Assembly: GCA_029099685.1 (NCBI GenBank)
Contig: JAQXOO010000033.1
Coordinates: forward strand, 6,623 to 70,622
Direction of reading: 5' to 3'
DNA: 64,000 nt
Source of the DNA: Clostridia bacterium
Lineage (GTDB): Bacteria > Bacillota > Clostridia > Oscillospirales > Butyricicoccaceae
The notes under the pieces are model-generated. The model was given only the letters and a program-made list of their open reading frames with translations, ran no database searches and had not been told where the DNA came from. The translations under genes were made by a program, and so were the position numbers. Within the stretch, counting starts at the first letter, position 1. Each line of letters opens with the position of its first letter. Shown here one piece after another: positions 36,205-45,715 of the stretch.

Positions 36205-37260
36205 ATGGGGAGCAAACAAAAGATCACGGTGGGCGGCGTGCAGATCGGCGGGGGCGCCCCGCTGGTCATCCAGTCCATGTGCAACACGCGGACACAGGAT
36301 GTAACCGCCACGGTAAAACAGATTTTGGCATTGGAACAGGCGGGCTGTGAAGTGGTTCGCCTTGCCATCCCGGACATGGAGGCCGCCCAGGCCGTCTCCG
36401 CCATCAAAAAGCAGGTCCATGTCCCCCTGGTGGCCGATATCCACTTTGACTACCGCCTGGCGCTGGAGGCCCTGCGGGGCGGCATCGACAAGATCCGCAT
36501 CAACCCCGGCAACATCGGGGATAAAAGCAAGGTGAAGGCCGTGGCCGACGCCTGCCGGGCTGCGGGCGTCCCCATCCGGGTGGGCGTCAACAGCGGCAGC
36601 GTGGACGCCGACCTGCGGCTGAAATACGGCGTCACCCCCGAGACCCTGTGCCAGGCGGCTCTGCGCAATCTGGAGCAGCTGGAGGACTGCGGTTTTTATG
36701 ACAGCTGTGTGTCGCTGAAGATGTCCAATGTGTTCGGCACCATCCGCGCTTACCGCCTGATGGCGGAAAAATGCGATTATCCCCTGCATCTGGGGGTCAC
36801 CGAGGCGGGGAACGAGCATTTTGGCACCCTTCGGTCCGCCGCGGCTTTCGGCGCGCTGCTGTGCGACGGCATCGGCGACACCCTTAGGGTGTCCCTCACC
36901 GCCGATCCGGTGCGGGAGGTCCGTGCCGCAAAGGATATCCTCAAGGCGCTGGACCTGCATACCGCCGGAGCGCGCATCATATCCTGTCCCACTTGCGGCC
37001 GCACCCAGATCGACCTGATCGGGCTGGCGGAGCGGGTGGAGCAGGCGCTGTCCGGGCTGAAGTCCCGGCTGACAGTGGCAGTCATGGGCTGCGTGGTCAA
37101 CGGTCCCGGCGAGGCCCGCGAGGCCGACATCGGCATTTGCGGCGGCCGGGGAGAGGGCCTTATCATCCGTAAAGGCGAGATCCTTTACAAAGTGCCGGAA
37201 GACCAGCTTTTGCCCCGGCTTATCGGGGAGATCGAGGCCATGACGGGGGAGAAGCTATGA
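36205..37260 (+). CDS. ispG: 4-hydroxy-3-methylbut-2-en-1-yl diphosphate synthase
   Basis: VQSMCNT, RINPGNIG, SCPTCGR and GCVVNGPGEA motifs. Confidence 0.95.
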   Translation: MGSKQKITVGGVQIGGGAPLVIQSMCNTRTQDVTATVKQILALEQAGCEVVRLAIPDMEAAQAVSAIKKQVHVPLVADIHFDYRLALEALRGGIDKIRINPGNIGDKSKVKAVADACRAAGVPIRVGVNSGSVDADLRLKYGVTPETLCQAALRNLEQLEDCGFYDSCVSLKMSNVFGTIRAYRLMAEKCDYPLHLGVTEAGNEHFGTLRSAAAFGALLCDGIGDTLRVSLTADPVREVRAAKDILKALDLHTAGARIISCPTCGRTQIDLIGLAERVEQALSGLKSRLTVAVMGCVVNGPGEAREADIGICGGRGEGLIIRKGEILYKVPEDQLLPRLIGEIEAMTGEKL

Positions 37261-40200
37261 GCGCGAGACTCCGTGACCTGTTTCCCAATGCCGCCGGAGG
37301 AGAGCCTGTCTGGGAGTGCTCCGTGGCCGGCGTTGTGCCGGAAGGCTCCGGCCTGACGGTCCGGCTGGAAAGCGGTGCGCCCGTCCCCGCGGGACAGCTT
37401 GAACAAGCGGAAGCCGCCGTTTGCCGGGCTTATGGCGTAGCCGGCATACGGCTTTTGCTGGAAGCTGCCGTCGAGGCACAGGAGAGCGTGGCCGAGGCTG
37501 CCGAAGAGGCCCTGCCCGCCGGGGATGCCCAGCCCTTTGACCTGGGCGACGACCTGCGGGAGCGCTTTTCTCAAAAATATCCTTCGGCCGCCCCCTGCCT
37601 GCGGGAGGCCGCTTTTGTGCTGTCCGAAAACAAACTGACGCTGCAGGTCGGCGCCTCCTGGCACGCCACCCGGCTGGAGCAGCTGCGGGGCGAGCTGGAA
37701 AAGGAGGCCTGTGCCCTGCTGGACCGCCCTGTGCGCCTGGAGATCACCGCCCCGGCCGCGGACCGGGACAGGTATGAACAGGACCGGGCCGCCCGCATGG
37801 CGCAGATGAGCCGGGAATGCCAGACCGCCCGCCCGGCAGCCCCTGCGGCTCCCGCGTCCCAGGCTCAACGGCCCCAGCGCCGCCAGTTTGGCCCCAAAAG
37901 GGACCCCGGCGCCCCCATGTTCCGTCCCCGGGAAGAGGACGAGGTGATTTACGGCAAGCCCTTTGCACGGGAAATGGTCAGGCTGGCGGACGTGAATCTG
38001 GACAGCGGCAAGATCACCGTGGAGGGCGAGATCTTCCTGGTGGAGTTCAAAAAGCTCAACGGCCGGGACAAAACCGTGGTCATGTTCGAGTTCAGCGACG
38101 GCACCGGCTCCATCCGGGCCTCCAAGGTGCTGCCCGATGAGGAAGCGGCCGGACTGGAGGGCGGCATCAAAAAGGGTGCTTACGTCATCGTTCAGGGCCT
38201 GGCGCACTATTCCCAGTACGATAAGGAGCTGGCGCTGAATTTTTCCGCCATCGTCAAAGGAAAAAAGAAGGTGCGCCAGGACAAGGCCGCCGACAAGCGG
38301 GTGGAGCTGCACCTGCACACCAATATGTCCAGCATGGACGGCCTGTGTGACCCGGGCAGGGCGCTGAAGCTGGCGGCCTCCATGGGGCACCGGGCCCTGG
38401 CCATCACCGATCACGGCGTGGTGCAGGCCTTTCCGGAGGCCATGAAGGCCCAGGCCAGCCTGAAAAAGAGCGGGAGCGACATCAAGGTGCTCTACGGCAT
38501 CGAGGCCTACTGCATCAACGACCTGGAGCAGGGCAACGCCGTAAAGGGCACGACCGGGGCGCTGCTCACTGACGAGATCGTGGTGTTTGACACCGAGACC
38601 ACCGGCCTGAGCGCAGCCAGCTGTGAGATCATCGAGATCGCCGCCTGCATCGTGGCGGAGGGCGCCGTCCGCGACCGCTTCCACTGCTATGTGAAGCCCG
38701 AACAGCCCATCCCGCCCCGCATCACCGAGCTGACCGGCATCCGGGAGGACACCGTCCGGGACGCCAACCCCATCGGCGTGGAGCTGCCCCGGTTCCTGGC
38801 GTTCTGCGGCGGCCGGCCTCTGGCGGCGCACAACGCCGGCTTCGACATGGCGTTTATCGGGGCGGCCTGCGAAAAGCTGGGACTGGAATGCCCCGCTTGC
38901 TCCATCGACACGGTGGAGATGTCCCGGGCGCTGATGCCCCAGCTGAACAAGCACAAGCTGAACCTGGTGGCGGACGCCCTGGGACTCAAGTTCAATCACC
39001 ACCGGGCCTCTGATGACGCCCAGGTGCTGGCGGAGATCTTCCTGCGGTTCATCCCCATGCTGCAGGAAAAATGCGGCATCACCCGCGTCAGCGAGATCAA
39101 CGGCGCTTTGAGCCGCCTGCGGGCAGGCTCCGGTCCCGACAAAAAGCAGAAGAGCTTCCATCTGGTCATTCTGGCAAAGAACCGGCCCGGCCTCATCGCC
39201 CTGTACAAGCTGATTTCCGACGCACATCTGAAATATTTTAACCGCCGGCCCATCATCCCCATGTCCGAGCTGGCCGCCAGCCGGGAAAACCTGATCCTGG
39301 GCTCGGCCTGCGTGGCAGGCGAGCTGTTTTCTGCCATTGTGGAGGGCAAGCCCTGGGGCGAACTGATGCGTCTGGCCTCGTTCTATGATTATCTGGAGAT
39401 CCAGCCCCTGGCAAATAACCATTTTCTTCTGGACAAGGACATGGTCCAGAGCGAGGAGCAGCTCCGGGACTTCAACCGTACGGTGCTCAAGCTGGGCGAT
39501 GCCCTGCACAAGCCGGTGTGCGCCACCGGCGACGTGCATTTTCTGGAGCCGGAGGACGGCATTTACCGGGAGATCCTCCAGGCGGGCATGGGCTTCAAGG
39601 ACGCGGAGGACCCGGCGCCCCTGTATTTCAAGACCACCGACGAGATGCTGGAGGAGTTTTCCTACCTGGGCGCCCAGCGGGCCTATGAGGTGGTGGTGAA
39701 GAACCCCAACCTCATCGCGGACCAGGTGGAGCACATCGAGCCGGTGCTGTCCGGCAGCTATCCGCCCTCCATCGAAAACAGCGCCAGGGACCTGGAAACC
39801 ATGTGCCGGGCCAAGGCCGAGGAGCTTTACGCCGAGGACGGCGTCCTTCCCCAGATCGTTTCCGACCGGGTGGACGCGGAGCTGATACCCATCATCAAAA
39901 ACGGCTTTGACGTCATGTATATGATCGCCCAGAAGCTGGTGGCCAAGTCCAACGAGATGGGTTATCTGGTGGGCTCCCGGGGCTCGGTGGGTTCCTCCTT
40001 CGTGGCCTTTTTGAGCGGCATCACCGAGGTCAACGCCCTCAAGCCCCATTACCGCTGTCCCCGCTGCCGCCACTCCATCTGGGACAACGACCCCGTCTAT
40101 CAGACGGGCGCCGACATGCCCGACAGGGACTGCCCCAAATGCGGCACGAAGATGGTCAAGGACGGCTTCAACATCCCCTTTGCCACCTTCCTGGGCTTCA

Positions 40201-41648
40201 ACGCAGATAAGACGCCCGATATCGACCTGAACTTCTCCGGCGAATGCCAGGGCCAGATCCACCGCTACACTGTGGAGCTGTTCGGCAACGACAAGGTGTT
40301 CAAGGCCGGAACCATCGGCACCATCAAGGACAAGACCGCCTACGGCTTTGTGAAAAAATACCTGGATGAGCGGGGAAAGGTGGTCAACAACGCGGAGATC
40401 AACCATCTGGTCTCGGGCTGCACCGGCATCAAGCGCACCACCGGCCAGCACCCCGGCGGCCTGATCATCGTGCCCGCCGACCGGAGCATCTATGAGTTCA
40501 CACCGGTGCAGCACCCCGCCGACGATCCCAATTCCGACATCATCACCACCCATTTTGACTTCCATTCCATCCATGACAACCTGCTGAAGCTGGACGAGCT
40601 GGGCCATGATGTGCCCACCATCATCCGGCACCTGCAAAATCTCACCGGGGTGGACCCCATGGATGTACCGCTGGATGACAAGGACACCATGCGGATCTTC
40701 ACCGACATCGGCCCGCTGGGCATCGAGACCGATGACATCCTGGAGCAGCCCGGCTCCGCCGGCATCCCGGAATTCGGCACCAAAAACGCCCGAAGCATGT
40801 TAATGGAGACACAGCCCACCACACTGGAGGGCCTGATCCGTATCTCCGGCCTGTCCCACGGCACCAACGTGTGGCGCAACAACGCCCAGGACATCATCAA
40901 TCAGGGCCTGGCCACCATCAACGAGGTCATCTCCGTCCGCGACGACATCACCACAAAGCTCATCGCCGTGGGGCTGGAAAACAAGCTTGCCTTCACCATC
41001 TCAGAGGCCGTGCGAAAGGGCAAGGGCCTCAAGCCCGAGTGGGAGGAGGAGATGCGGGCCCATGGCATCCCCGACTGGTACATTGATTCCTGCAACAAGA
41101 TCGAGTATATGTTCCCCCGGGGACACGCGGTGGCCTATACCATGATGTCTTTCCGCATCGCCTGGTTCAAGGTGCATCATCCGCTGGCCTATTACTGCGT
41201 GTACTTCAGCAACAAGCTGGATTCCTTTGACTGCGTCACCGCCCTTCAGGGGGACGGAGCCATCAGCAAAAAATACCGGGACCTGCGCGCCAACCCCAAG
41301 CGCACCGCGGTGGAGGATGACGCCATGATCACCCTGGAGCTGTGCCACGAGTTCTGCAAGCGGGGCTTCACCTTCCTGCCCATGGACCTGTACAAATCCG
41401 ACGTCAAGACCTTTACCATCGAGGGCAACGCCCTGCGGCCGCCCTTCATGGCGCTTACCGGTGTGGGCGAGGCCGCCGCCCAGTCCATCGCCGAAGAACG
41501 GCAGAAGGAGCCCTTCATGTCCCAGGAGGACATCTCCCTCCGCTGCGGAAAGGCGTCCACCGCCGTGGTCCAGTCCCTGCGGGACATCGGCGCCCTGGGC
41601 GACCTGCCCGAAAGCAACCAGCTGGACCTGTTCGCCGCCATGTTTTAA
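37257..41648 (+). CDS. polC: DNA polymerase III alpha subunit, PolC type
   Basis: 1463 aa. PHP domain (ELHLHTNMSSMDG), an inserted DEDD exonuclease (VVFDTETTGL), a zinc finger (CPRCRH...CPKCG) and the polymerase core. ATGA overlap with ispG. Confidence 0.97.
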   Translation: MSARLRDLFPNAAGGEPVWECSVAGVVPEGSGLTVRLESGAPVPAGQLEQAEAAVCRAYGVAGIRLLLEAAVEAQESVAEAAEEALPAGDAQPFDLGDDLRERFSQKYPSAAPCLREAAFVLSENKLTLQVGASWHATRLEQLRGELEKEACALLDRPVRLEITAPAADRDRYEQDRAARMAQMSRECQTARPAAPAAPASQAQRPQRRQFGPKRDPGAPMFRPREEDEVIYGKPFAREMVRLADVNLDSGKITVEGEIFLVEFKKLNGRDKTVVMFEFSDGTGSIRASKVLPDEEAAGLEGGIKKGAYVIVQGLAHYSQYDKELALNFSAIVKGKKKVRQDKAADKRVELHLHTNMSSMDGLCDPGRALKLAASMGHRALAITDHGVVQAFPEAMKAQASLKKSGSDIKVLYGIEAYCINDLEQGNAVKGTTGALLTDEIVVFDTETTGLSAASCEIIEIAACIVAEGAVRDRFHCYVKPEQPIPPRITELTGIREDTVRDANPIGVELPRFLAFCGGRPLAAHNAGFDMAFIGAACEKLGLECPACSIDTVEMSRALMPQLNKHKLNLVADALGLKFNHHRASDDAQVLAEIFLRFIPMLQEKCGITRVSEINGALSRLRAGSGPDKKQKSFHLVILAKNRPGLIALYKLISDAHLKYFNRRPIIPMSELAASRENLILGSACVAGELFSAIVEGKPWGELMRLASFYDYLEIQPLANNHFLLDKDMVQSEEQLRDFNRTVLKLGDALHKPVCATGDVHFLEPEDGIYREILQAGMGFKDAEDPAPLYFKTTDEMLEEFSYLGAQRAYEVVVKNPNLIADQVEHIEPVLSGSYPPSIENSARDLETMCRAKAEELYAEDGVLPQIVSDRVDAELIPIIKNGFDVMYMIAQKLVAKSNEMGYLVGSRGSVGSSFVAFLSGITEVNALKPHYRCPRCRHSIWDNDPVYQTGADMPDRDCPKCGTKMVKDGFNIPFATFLGFNADKTPDIDLNFSGECQGQIHRYTVELFGNDKVFKAGTIGTIKDKTAYGFVKKYLDERGKVVNNAEINHLVSGCTGIKRTTGQHPGGLIIVPADRSIYEFTPVQHPADDPNSDIITTHFDFHSIHDNLLKLDELGHDVPTIIRHLQNLTGVDPMDVPLDDKDTMRIFTDIGPLGIETDDILEQPGSAGIPEFGTKNARSMLMETQPTTLEGLIRISGLSHGTNVWRNNAQDIINQGLATINEVISVRDDITTKLIAVGLENKLAFTISEAVRKGKGLKPEWEEEMRAHGIPDWYIDSCNKIEYMFPRGHAVAYTMMSFRIAWFKVHHPLAYYCVYFSNKLDSFDCVTALQGDGAISKKYRDLRANPKRTAVEDDAMITLELCHEFCKRGFTFLPMDLYKSDVKTFTIEGNALRPPFMALTGVGEAAAQSIAEERQKEPFMSQEDISLRCGKASTAVVQSLRDIGALGDLPESNQLDLFAAMF

Positions 41649-41660
41649 GGAGGAATTTCC

Positions 41661-42224
41661 ATGGAAATTCTGTACAAAGATATTCTTTTGAGAGATTACC
41701 GGGAGTCCGATATCGCTGACGATATCCGCTGGATGAATGTGGATGTGGACTGGATCCGCGCTGATACGCCCTGGGCGCCCATCGAACGGGTGGACCCCGA
41801 AGCCTTCCGGCAAGACATGAAGGCGTATCTGGCCAATATGCCCGAGGATGAAATGCGCTGGCGGCTGGAGATCGAGCACGAGGGCCGCCACATCGGCTTT
41901 GTCAGCTCCTATCTGCTGGACGAGCACTTTGACTGGGTGCCGCCCCACGAGGCCGGTGACCCGCTGTCCTTCCGCCGGGCAATCTCCATCGCCGTCTGCG
42001 CTTCCGATATGTGGGGCAGGGGGCTGGGTACCCGTGCCCTCAAGGCCTTTATGGATTATTACCGGGAGCGGGGCATCGAGGAGTTTTACATCGAGACCTG
42101 GTCGGGCAACGGCCGGATGCTGCGCTGCGCCGAAAAGCTGGGCTTCCGCACCTGCAAAAAGGAGCCGGGCGTCCACACGGTAGGCGGAAAGAAATACGAC
42201 GCCCTGGTGATGCGCAAAAAGTAA
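41661..42224 (+). CDS. GNAT family N-acetyltransferase (RimJ/RimL-like)
   Basis: 187 aa. WGRGLGTRALKAFMDY is the acetyl-CoA motif A, and there is a C-terminal LGFR. Confidence 0.75.
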   Translation: MEILYKDILLRDYRESDIADDIRWMNVDVDWIRADTPWAPIERVDPEAFRQDMKAYLANMPEDEMRWRLEIEHEGRHIGFVSSYLLDEHFDWVPPHEAGDPLSFRRAISIAVCASDMWGRGLGTRALKAFMDYYRERGIEEFYIETWSGNGRMLRCAEKLGFRTCKKEPGVHTVGGKKYDALVMRKK

Positions 42225-42227
42225 AAA

Positions 42228-42257
42228 GAAAAGCACCCCCGTCGGGGTGCTTTTTCG
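42228..42257. terminator. bidirectional intrinsic terminator
   Basis: AAAAGCACCCC GTCG GGGGTGCTTTTT. It lies between the convergent GNAT and APH-like genes. Confidence 0.8.
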
Positions 42258-42268
42258 TTTAATGGTAT

Positions 42269-43282
42269 CTACGCAAAGAAGTTTATCGTCTTTGTCAGCA
42301 TGGATTCCGTTTTATCTAAACATGCTTGAATTGCGGTCTGATCGTCTCCCGCTGCTTTTAGTCTTTGAATTTTTGTATACCACAACGGTTTGATGCAGCG
42401 ATACAACATGGGAGCAGCCTGCTTTTCAAGCGCAGAAAACGTGTATACCTTACCAACCGTGTCTATGGCGGATTTGATGATGTTAAGTTCTGTTTCATCA
42501 TCCTGCCAACCAATTTCCCGAATGAGATAATTGAGAAGAACATCTTTGCCGCTTAAATTAAAATCGTATACGCCGATAAAATTGCCGTTTTCGTCAACTA
42601 AAATGTTACTACTGTTGAGATCAGCCTGAAAAACGGAGGTCGGAAGCTGATGATAGATTTTTTGCAATGCGCATCTGTTTTCATACCACAAATTCCAAAT
42701 ACGATGAACCTGTGTCTGGAATTCTGCGGGTAACATTTCAGCATAGTGTTTCCACGTAAGGGCATTATCCATGACTTCGTCATGTTGGTCGCTTGGTGAA
42801 AACAATTCAAACAGACAGTATCCCGAGGGATATTCAGCATAGTCTGAATACAGATTTGCAATTTTTGCAGTCATGATCAGAATTTCATCTCTGTACTTGC
42901 TCGATGCAATTCCGTTTCCGGTGTCATTGTCACAAGCATACTTTGAGAATTCTTCTGCATAAGCAACACAAGTGCGACCTTTATACTGCACTGTGGGGAA
43001 ATCACCCGTTTTCGAAGAAAGAATCGCAGGTGCATAGTATCCAACAGAGCGATACGACTCCGAACAACGCTGCCACATTTGAACTTTCTCGGGGAAGGTA
43101 AAATCATTATCCGCTAATTTGATAACAAAGTTTTCACTGGATTCTGTTTGAACAAAAACAGCTTCCCGAAAATCATGTTCTCCATGGCTTGTGTTGATGG
43201 TATTCTGTATAGTAGTCTTTCCATCGAAAAATAAGGCGACGATTACCTGCAATTCCTGCTCTTCAGTACCAATTTCTTTCAT
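42269..43282 (-). CDS. phosphotransferase enzyme family (APH/choline-kinase fold) protein on an AT-rich islet
   Basis: 337 aa. Catalytic-loop-like FQADLNSSNILVD (Brenner motif with Q in place of H) and DFG-like YDFNLSGKD. The composition is clearly AT-richer than both flanks. Confidence 0.7.
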   Translation of the reverse strand: MKEIGTEEQELQVIVALFFDGKTTIQNTINTSHGEHDFREAVFVQTESSENFVIKLADNDFTFPEKVQMWQRCSESYRSVGYYAPAILSSKTGDFPTVQYKGRTCVAYAEEFSKYACDNDTGNGIASSKYRDEILIMTAKIANLYSDYAEYPSGYCLFELFSPSDQHDEVMDNALTWKHYAEMLPAEFQTQVHRIWNLWYENRCALQKIYHQLPTSVFQADLNSSNILVDENGNFIGVYDFNLSGKDVLLNYLIREIGWQDDETELNIIKSAIDTVGKVYTFSALEKQAAPMLYRCIKPLWYTKIQRLKAAGDDQTAIQACLDKTESMLTKTINFFA

Positions 43283-43301
43283 GATAACCTCTTGGAAAGA
43301 T

Positions 43302-43330
43302 AAAAAGGGGCGCTTATGCGCCCCTTTTCC
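43302..43330 (-). terminator. intrinsic terminator of pfk
   Basis: AAGGGGCGC TTAT GCGCCCCTT with T and A runs on both sides. It occupies nearly the whole gap between the pfk stop and the APH-like start codon. Confidence 0.8.
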
Positions 43331-43335
43331 ACAAA

Positions 43336-44574
43336 TTATTCGGCCAGAACCTTTTTCAGCTTGGCAAAGCGGGGCAGGCCGTTCTCCCAGGCGTAGTCGG
43401 GCTCGCCCTGAATGAGCGGCATGGCATAAGCGGCAAACTCAGGCTTGATGCCGGCGCCGTCCTCGGTGATCCACTCCACGGGGAACTTGTGCTCGGTGTT
43501 GGCGGTGGCGGTGAGGGGAACCAGCTTGACACAGGGATGGTAGCCATCGCCCTCGGCACGCTCGATGGCCACCATCTTGTCGGTGACGCCGCTCAGCGCG
43601 GCCCGGACGGCCTCGGCGCCCATCCATGCGGCTTCTTCCACATCGGTTTTGCTGGCCAGGTGGGCGCCGCAGCGCTGCAGCAGGGAAAACTCGATGGCCC
43701 GGGTCTTGACCCCCAGCCGCTCCTTGACGGCCTGCGCCAGGAATGCCGCCGCGCCGCCCATCTGCTTGTGGCCGAAGGCGTCGGCCTTCACGTCCTTTTG
43801 GCCGTATTCAGCGATGAACACACCGTCCTTGTCCAGAATGCCCTCGGAAATGGCCACAAAGCAGTTGCCCTTTTCCTTCCATACGCGCTGGACGTCGGCC
43901 ATGAACCGCTCCAGGTCAAAGGGGACCTCGGGCAGATAGATCAGGTCGGGACCTGCGCCCTGCATGGCGGCCAGAGAGGAAGCGGCGGTGAGCCAGCCCG
44001 CGTTGCGGCCCATGCACTCCACGATCGTCACCGCGCCGGTGTCGTAAACACAGGCGTCCTGGCTGATCTCCATGCAGGAGGCGGCGATATACTTGGCCGC
44101 AGAGCCGTAGCCGGGGCAGTGGTCGGTGCCGTACAGATCATTGTCGATGGTCTTGGGCACGCCCATGACCCGGCATTCATAGCCCACGCTCTGCATATAC
44201 TTGGAGATCTTGTTGCAGGTGTCCATGGAATCGTTTCCGCCGTTGTAGAAGAAATAGCGCACATCGTATTTTTTGAAGATCTCCAGAATGCGCTTGTAAT
44301 CGGTGTCGTCCACAGAGGCGTCCTTCAGCTTGTAGCGGCAGGAGCCCAGGGCAGAGGAGGGGGTGCTTTTCAGCAGCTCCAGCTCGGCGGGGTCCTCCAG
44401 GGAGATGTCATACAGGCGGTCGTTCAAAACACCCTTGATGCCGTGGGCCGCCCCCAGCACCCGGGTGATGCTGCCGCTCTCCAGAGCGGTCTTGAATACG
44501 CCGTAAGCGCTGGCGTTGATGACAGAAGTGGGGCCGCCGGACTGGCCGAAAATACAGGCTCCGCGAAGTTCCAT
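43336..44574 (-). CDS. pfk: 6-phosphofructokinase, probably pyrophosphate-dependent
   Basis: 412 aa. GQSGGPTSVINA, GGNDS (Asp at the position that is Gly in the ATP-PFK GGDGS motif) and PKTIDND (Lys at the position of Gly124). Confidence 0.85.
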   Translation of the reverse strand: MELRGACIFGQSGGPTSVINASAYGVFKTALESGSITRVLGAAHGIKGVLNDRLYDISLEDPAELELLKSTPSSALGSCRYKLKDASVDDTDYKRILEIFKKYDVRYFFYNGGNDSMDTCNKISKYMQSVGYECRVMGVPKTIDNDLYGTDHCPGYGSAAKYIAASCMEISQDACVYDTGAVTIVECMGRNAGWLTAASSLAAMQGAGPDLIYLPEVPFDLERFMADVQRVWKEKGNCFVAISEGILDKDGVFIAEYGQKDVKADAFGHKQMGGAAAFLAQAVKERLGVKTRAIEFSLLQRCGAHLASKTDVEEAAWMGAEAVRAALSGVTDKMVAIERAEGDGYHPCVKLVPLTATANTEHKFPVEWITEDGAGIKPEFAAYAMPLIQGEPDYAWENGLPRFAKLKKVLAE

Positions 44575-44638
44575 AAGAGATGACCTCCAATATGATCGAT
44601 TTTTATCAGTTTACCATATCAAAAGCCATAAATCAATG

Positions 44639-44667
44639 TTGCAACCGGGAGAAACCGGTGGTAAAAT
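44639..44667 (+). promoter_or_regulatory. sigma-A-type promoter of fba
   Basis: TTGCAA (44639-44644), a 17-nt spacer containing CCGG..CCGG, and TAAAAT (44662-44667). Confidence 0.55.
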
Positions 44668-44697
44668 GAAAATATCCAACACAAGGAGGAACGAATC

Positions 44698-45633
44698 ATG
44701 CCATTGGTCACCACCAAAGAAATGTTTGAGAAAGCCTACGCCGGCGGTTATGCCATCGGCGCCTTCAACGTCAATAATATGGAGATCATCCAGGGCATCA
44801 CCGAAGCCGCCCAGGCGGAGCGGTCTCCCGTCATCCTGCAGGTGTCCGCCGGCGCGCGGAAATATGCCAAGCACATCTATCTCACCAAGCTGGTGGAGGC
44901 CGCCATCGCCGACACCGACCTGCCCATCGCCCTGCACCTGGACCACGGCGAGAACTTCGACGTGTGCAAGTCCTGCATCGACGGCGGCTTCTCCTCGGTC
45001 ATGATCGACGGCAGCAAATACAGCTTTGAGGAAAACATCGAAATGACCCGCAAGGTGGTGGAATACGCCCACGCCCGGGGCGTCACCGTAGAGGGCGAGC
45101 TGGGCAAGCTGGCCGGCATCGAGGACGCCGTCAACGTGTCTGAGGCCGACGCCATGTTCACCAACCCCGCCGAGGTGGAGGAGTTTGTCACCCGCACCGG
45201 CGTGGACAGCCTGGCCATCGCCATCGGCACCAGTCACGGCGCCTATAAGTTCAAGCCCGGCCAGAAGCCCCAGCTGCGCTTTGACATTCTGGAGGAAGTG
45301 GGCAGGCGCCTGCCCGATTTCCCCATCGTCCTCCACGGCAGCTCCTCTGTGCCTCAGGAGTATGTGCAGATGGTCAACCAGTACGGCGGCGCCATGCCTG
45401 ACGCCATCGGCATCCCTGAGGAGATGCTGCGCCAGGCCGCCAAGATGGCCGTCTGCAAGATCAACATCGACTCCGACCTGCGCCTGTGCATGACCGCCGC
45501 CGTCCGCAAGCACCTGGCCGAGCATCCCGACCACTTTGATCCCCGCCAGTATCTGAAGGACGGCCGGGACGCCATCCGCAGCATCGTTCAGCACAAGATC
45601 CGCAACGTGCTGGGCTCCAGCAATACCCTGTAA
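44698..45633 (+). CDS. fba: class II fructose-1,6-bisphosphate aldolase
   Basis: 311 aa. YAIGAFNVNN, LHLDHG, IGTSHGAYK and LVLHGSS-type (IVLHGSSSVP) motifs. Confidence 0.95.
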   Translation: MPLVTTKEMFEKAYAGGYAIGAFNVNNMEIIQGITEAAQAERSPVILQVSAGARKYAKHIYLTKLVEAAIADTDLPIALHLDHGENFDVCKSCIDGGFSSVMIDGSKYSFEENIEMTRKVVEYAHARGVTVEGELGKLAGIEDAVNVSEADAMFTNPAEVEEFVTRTGVDSLAIAIGTSHGAYKFKPGQKPQLRFDILEEVGRRLPDFPIVLHGSSSVPQEYVQMVNQYGGAMPDAIGIPEEMLRQAAKMAVCKINIDSDLRLCMTAAVRKHLAEHPDHFDPRQYLKDGRDAIRSIVQHKIRNVLGSSNTL

Positions 45634-45640
45634 CATGGAA

Positions 45641-45668
45641 GGGCCCGCTCTGCAGCGGACCCTTTTTT
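45641..45668 (+). terminator. intrinsic terminator of fba
   Basis: GGGCCCGCT CTGC AGCGGACCC (one mismatch) followed by TTTTTT. Confidence 0.7.
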
Positions 45669-45675
45669 AAAATTA

Positions 45676-45708
45676 TGAAAAACCGCAGCGGCCAGCGCCG
45701 CTGCGGTT
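45676..45708 (-). terminator. intrinsic terminator of the 4Fe-4S protein gene
   Basis: AACCGCAGCGG CCAGCG CCGCTGCGGTT 11-bp stem. The minus strand continues TTTTTCATAATTTT. Confidence 0.75.
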
Positions 45709-45715
45709 TCCGTTT

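Noticed and set aside
33001-36960. 1319-aa minus-strand ORF opposite cdsA, dxr, rseP and ispG
   Set aside because: It is a codon-aligned antisense shadow. The starts at 33100, 33928, 35080 and 36205 are all in phase with 36958. The sense genes are highly conserved housekeeping genes.
37185-40637. 1150-aa minus-strand ORF opposite polC
   Set aside because: It is a codon-aligned antisense shadow of polC (40635-37257 is divisible by 3). It has no independent signals.
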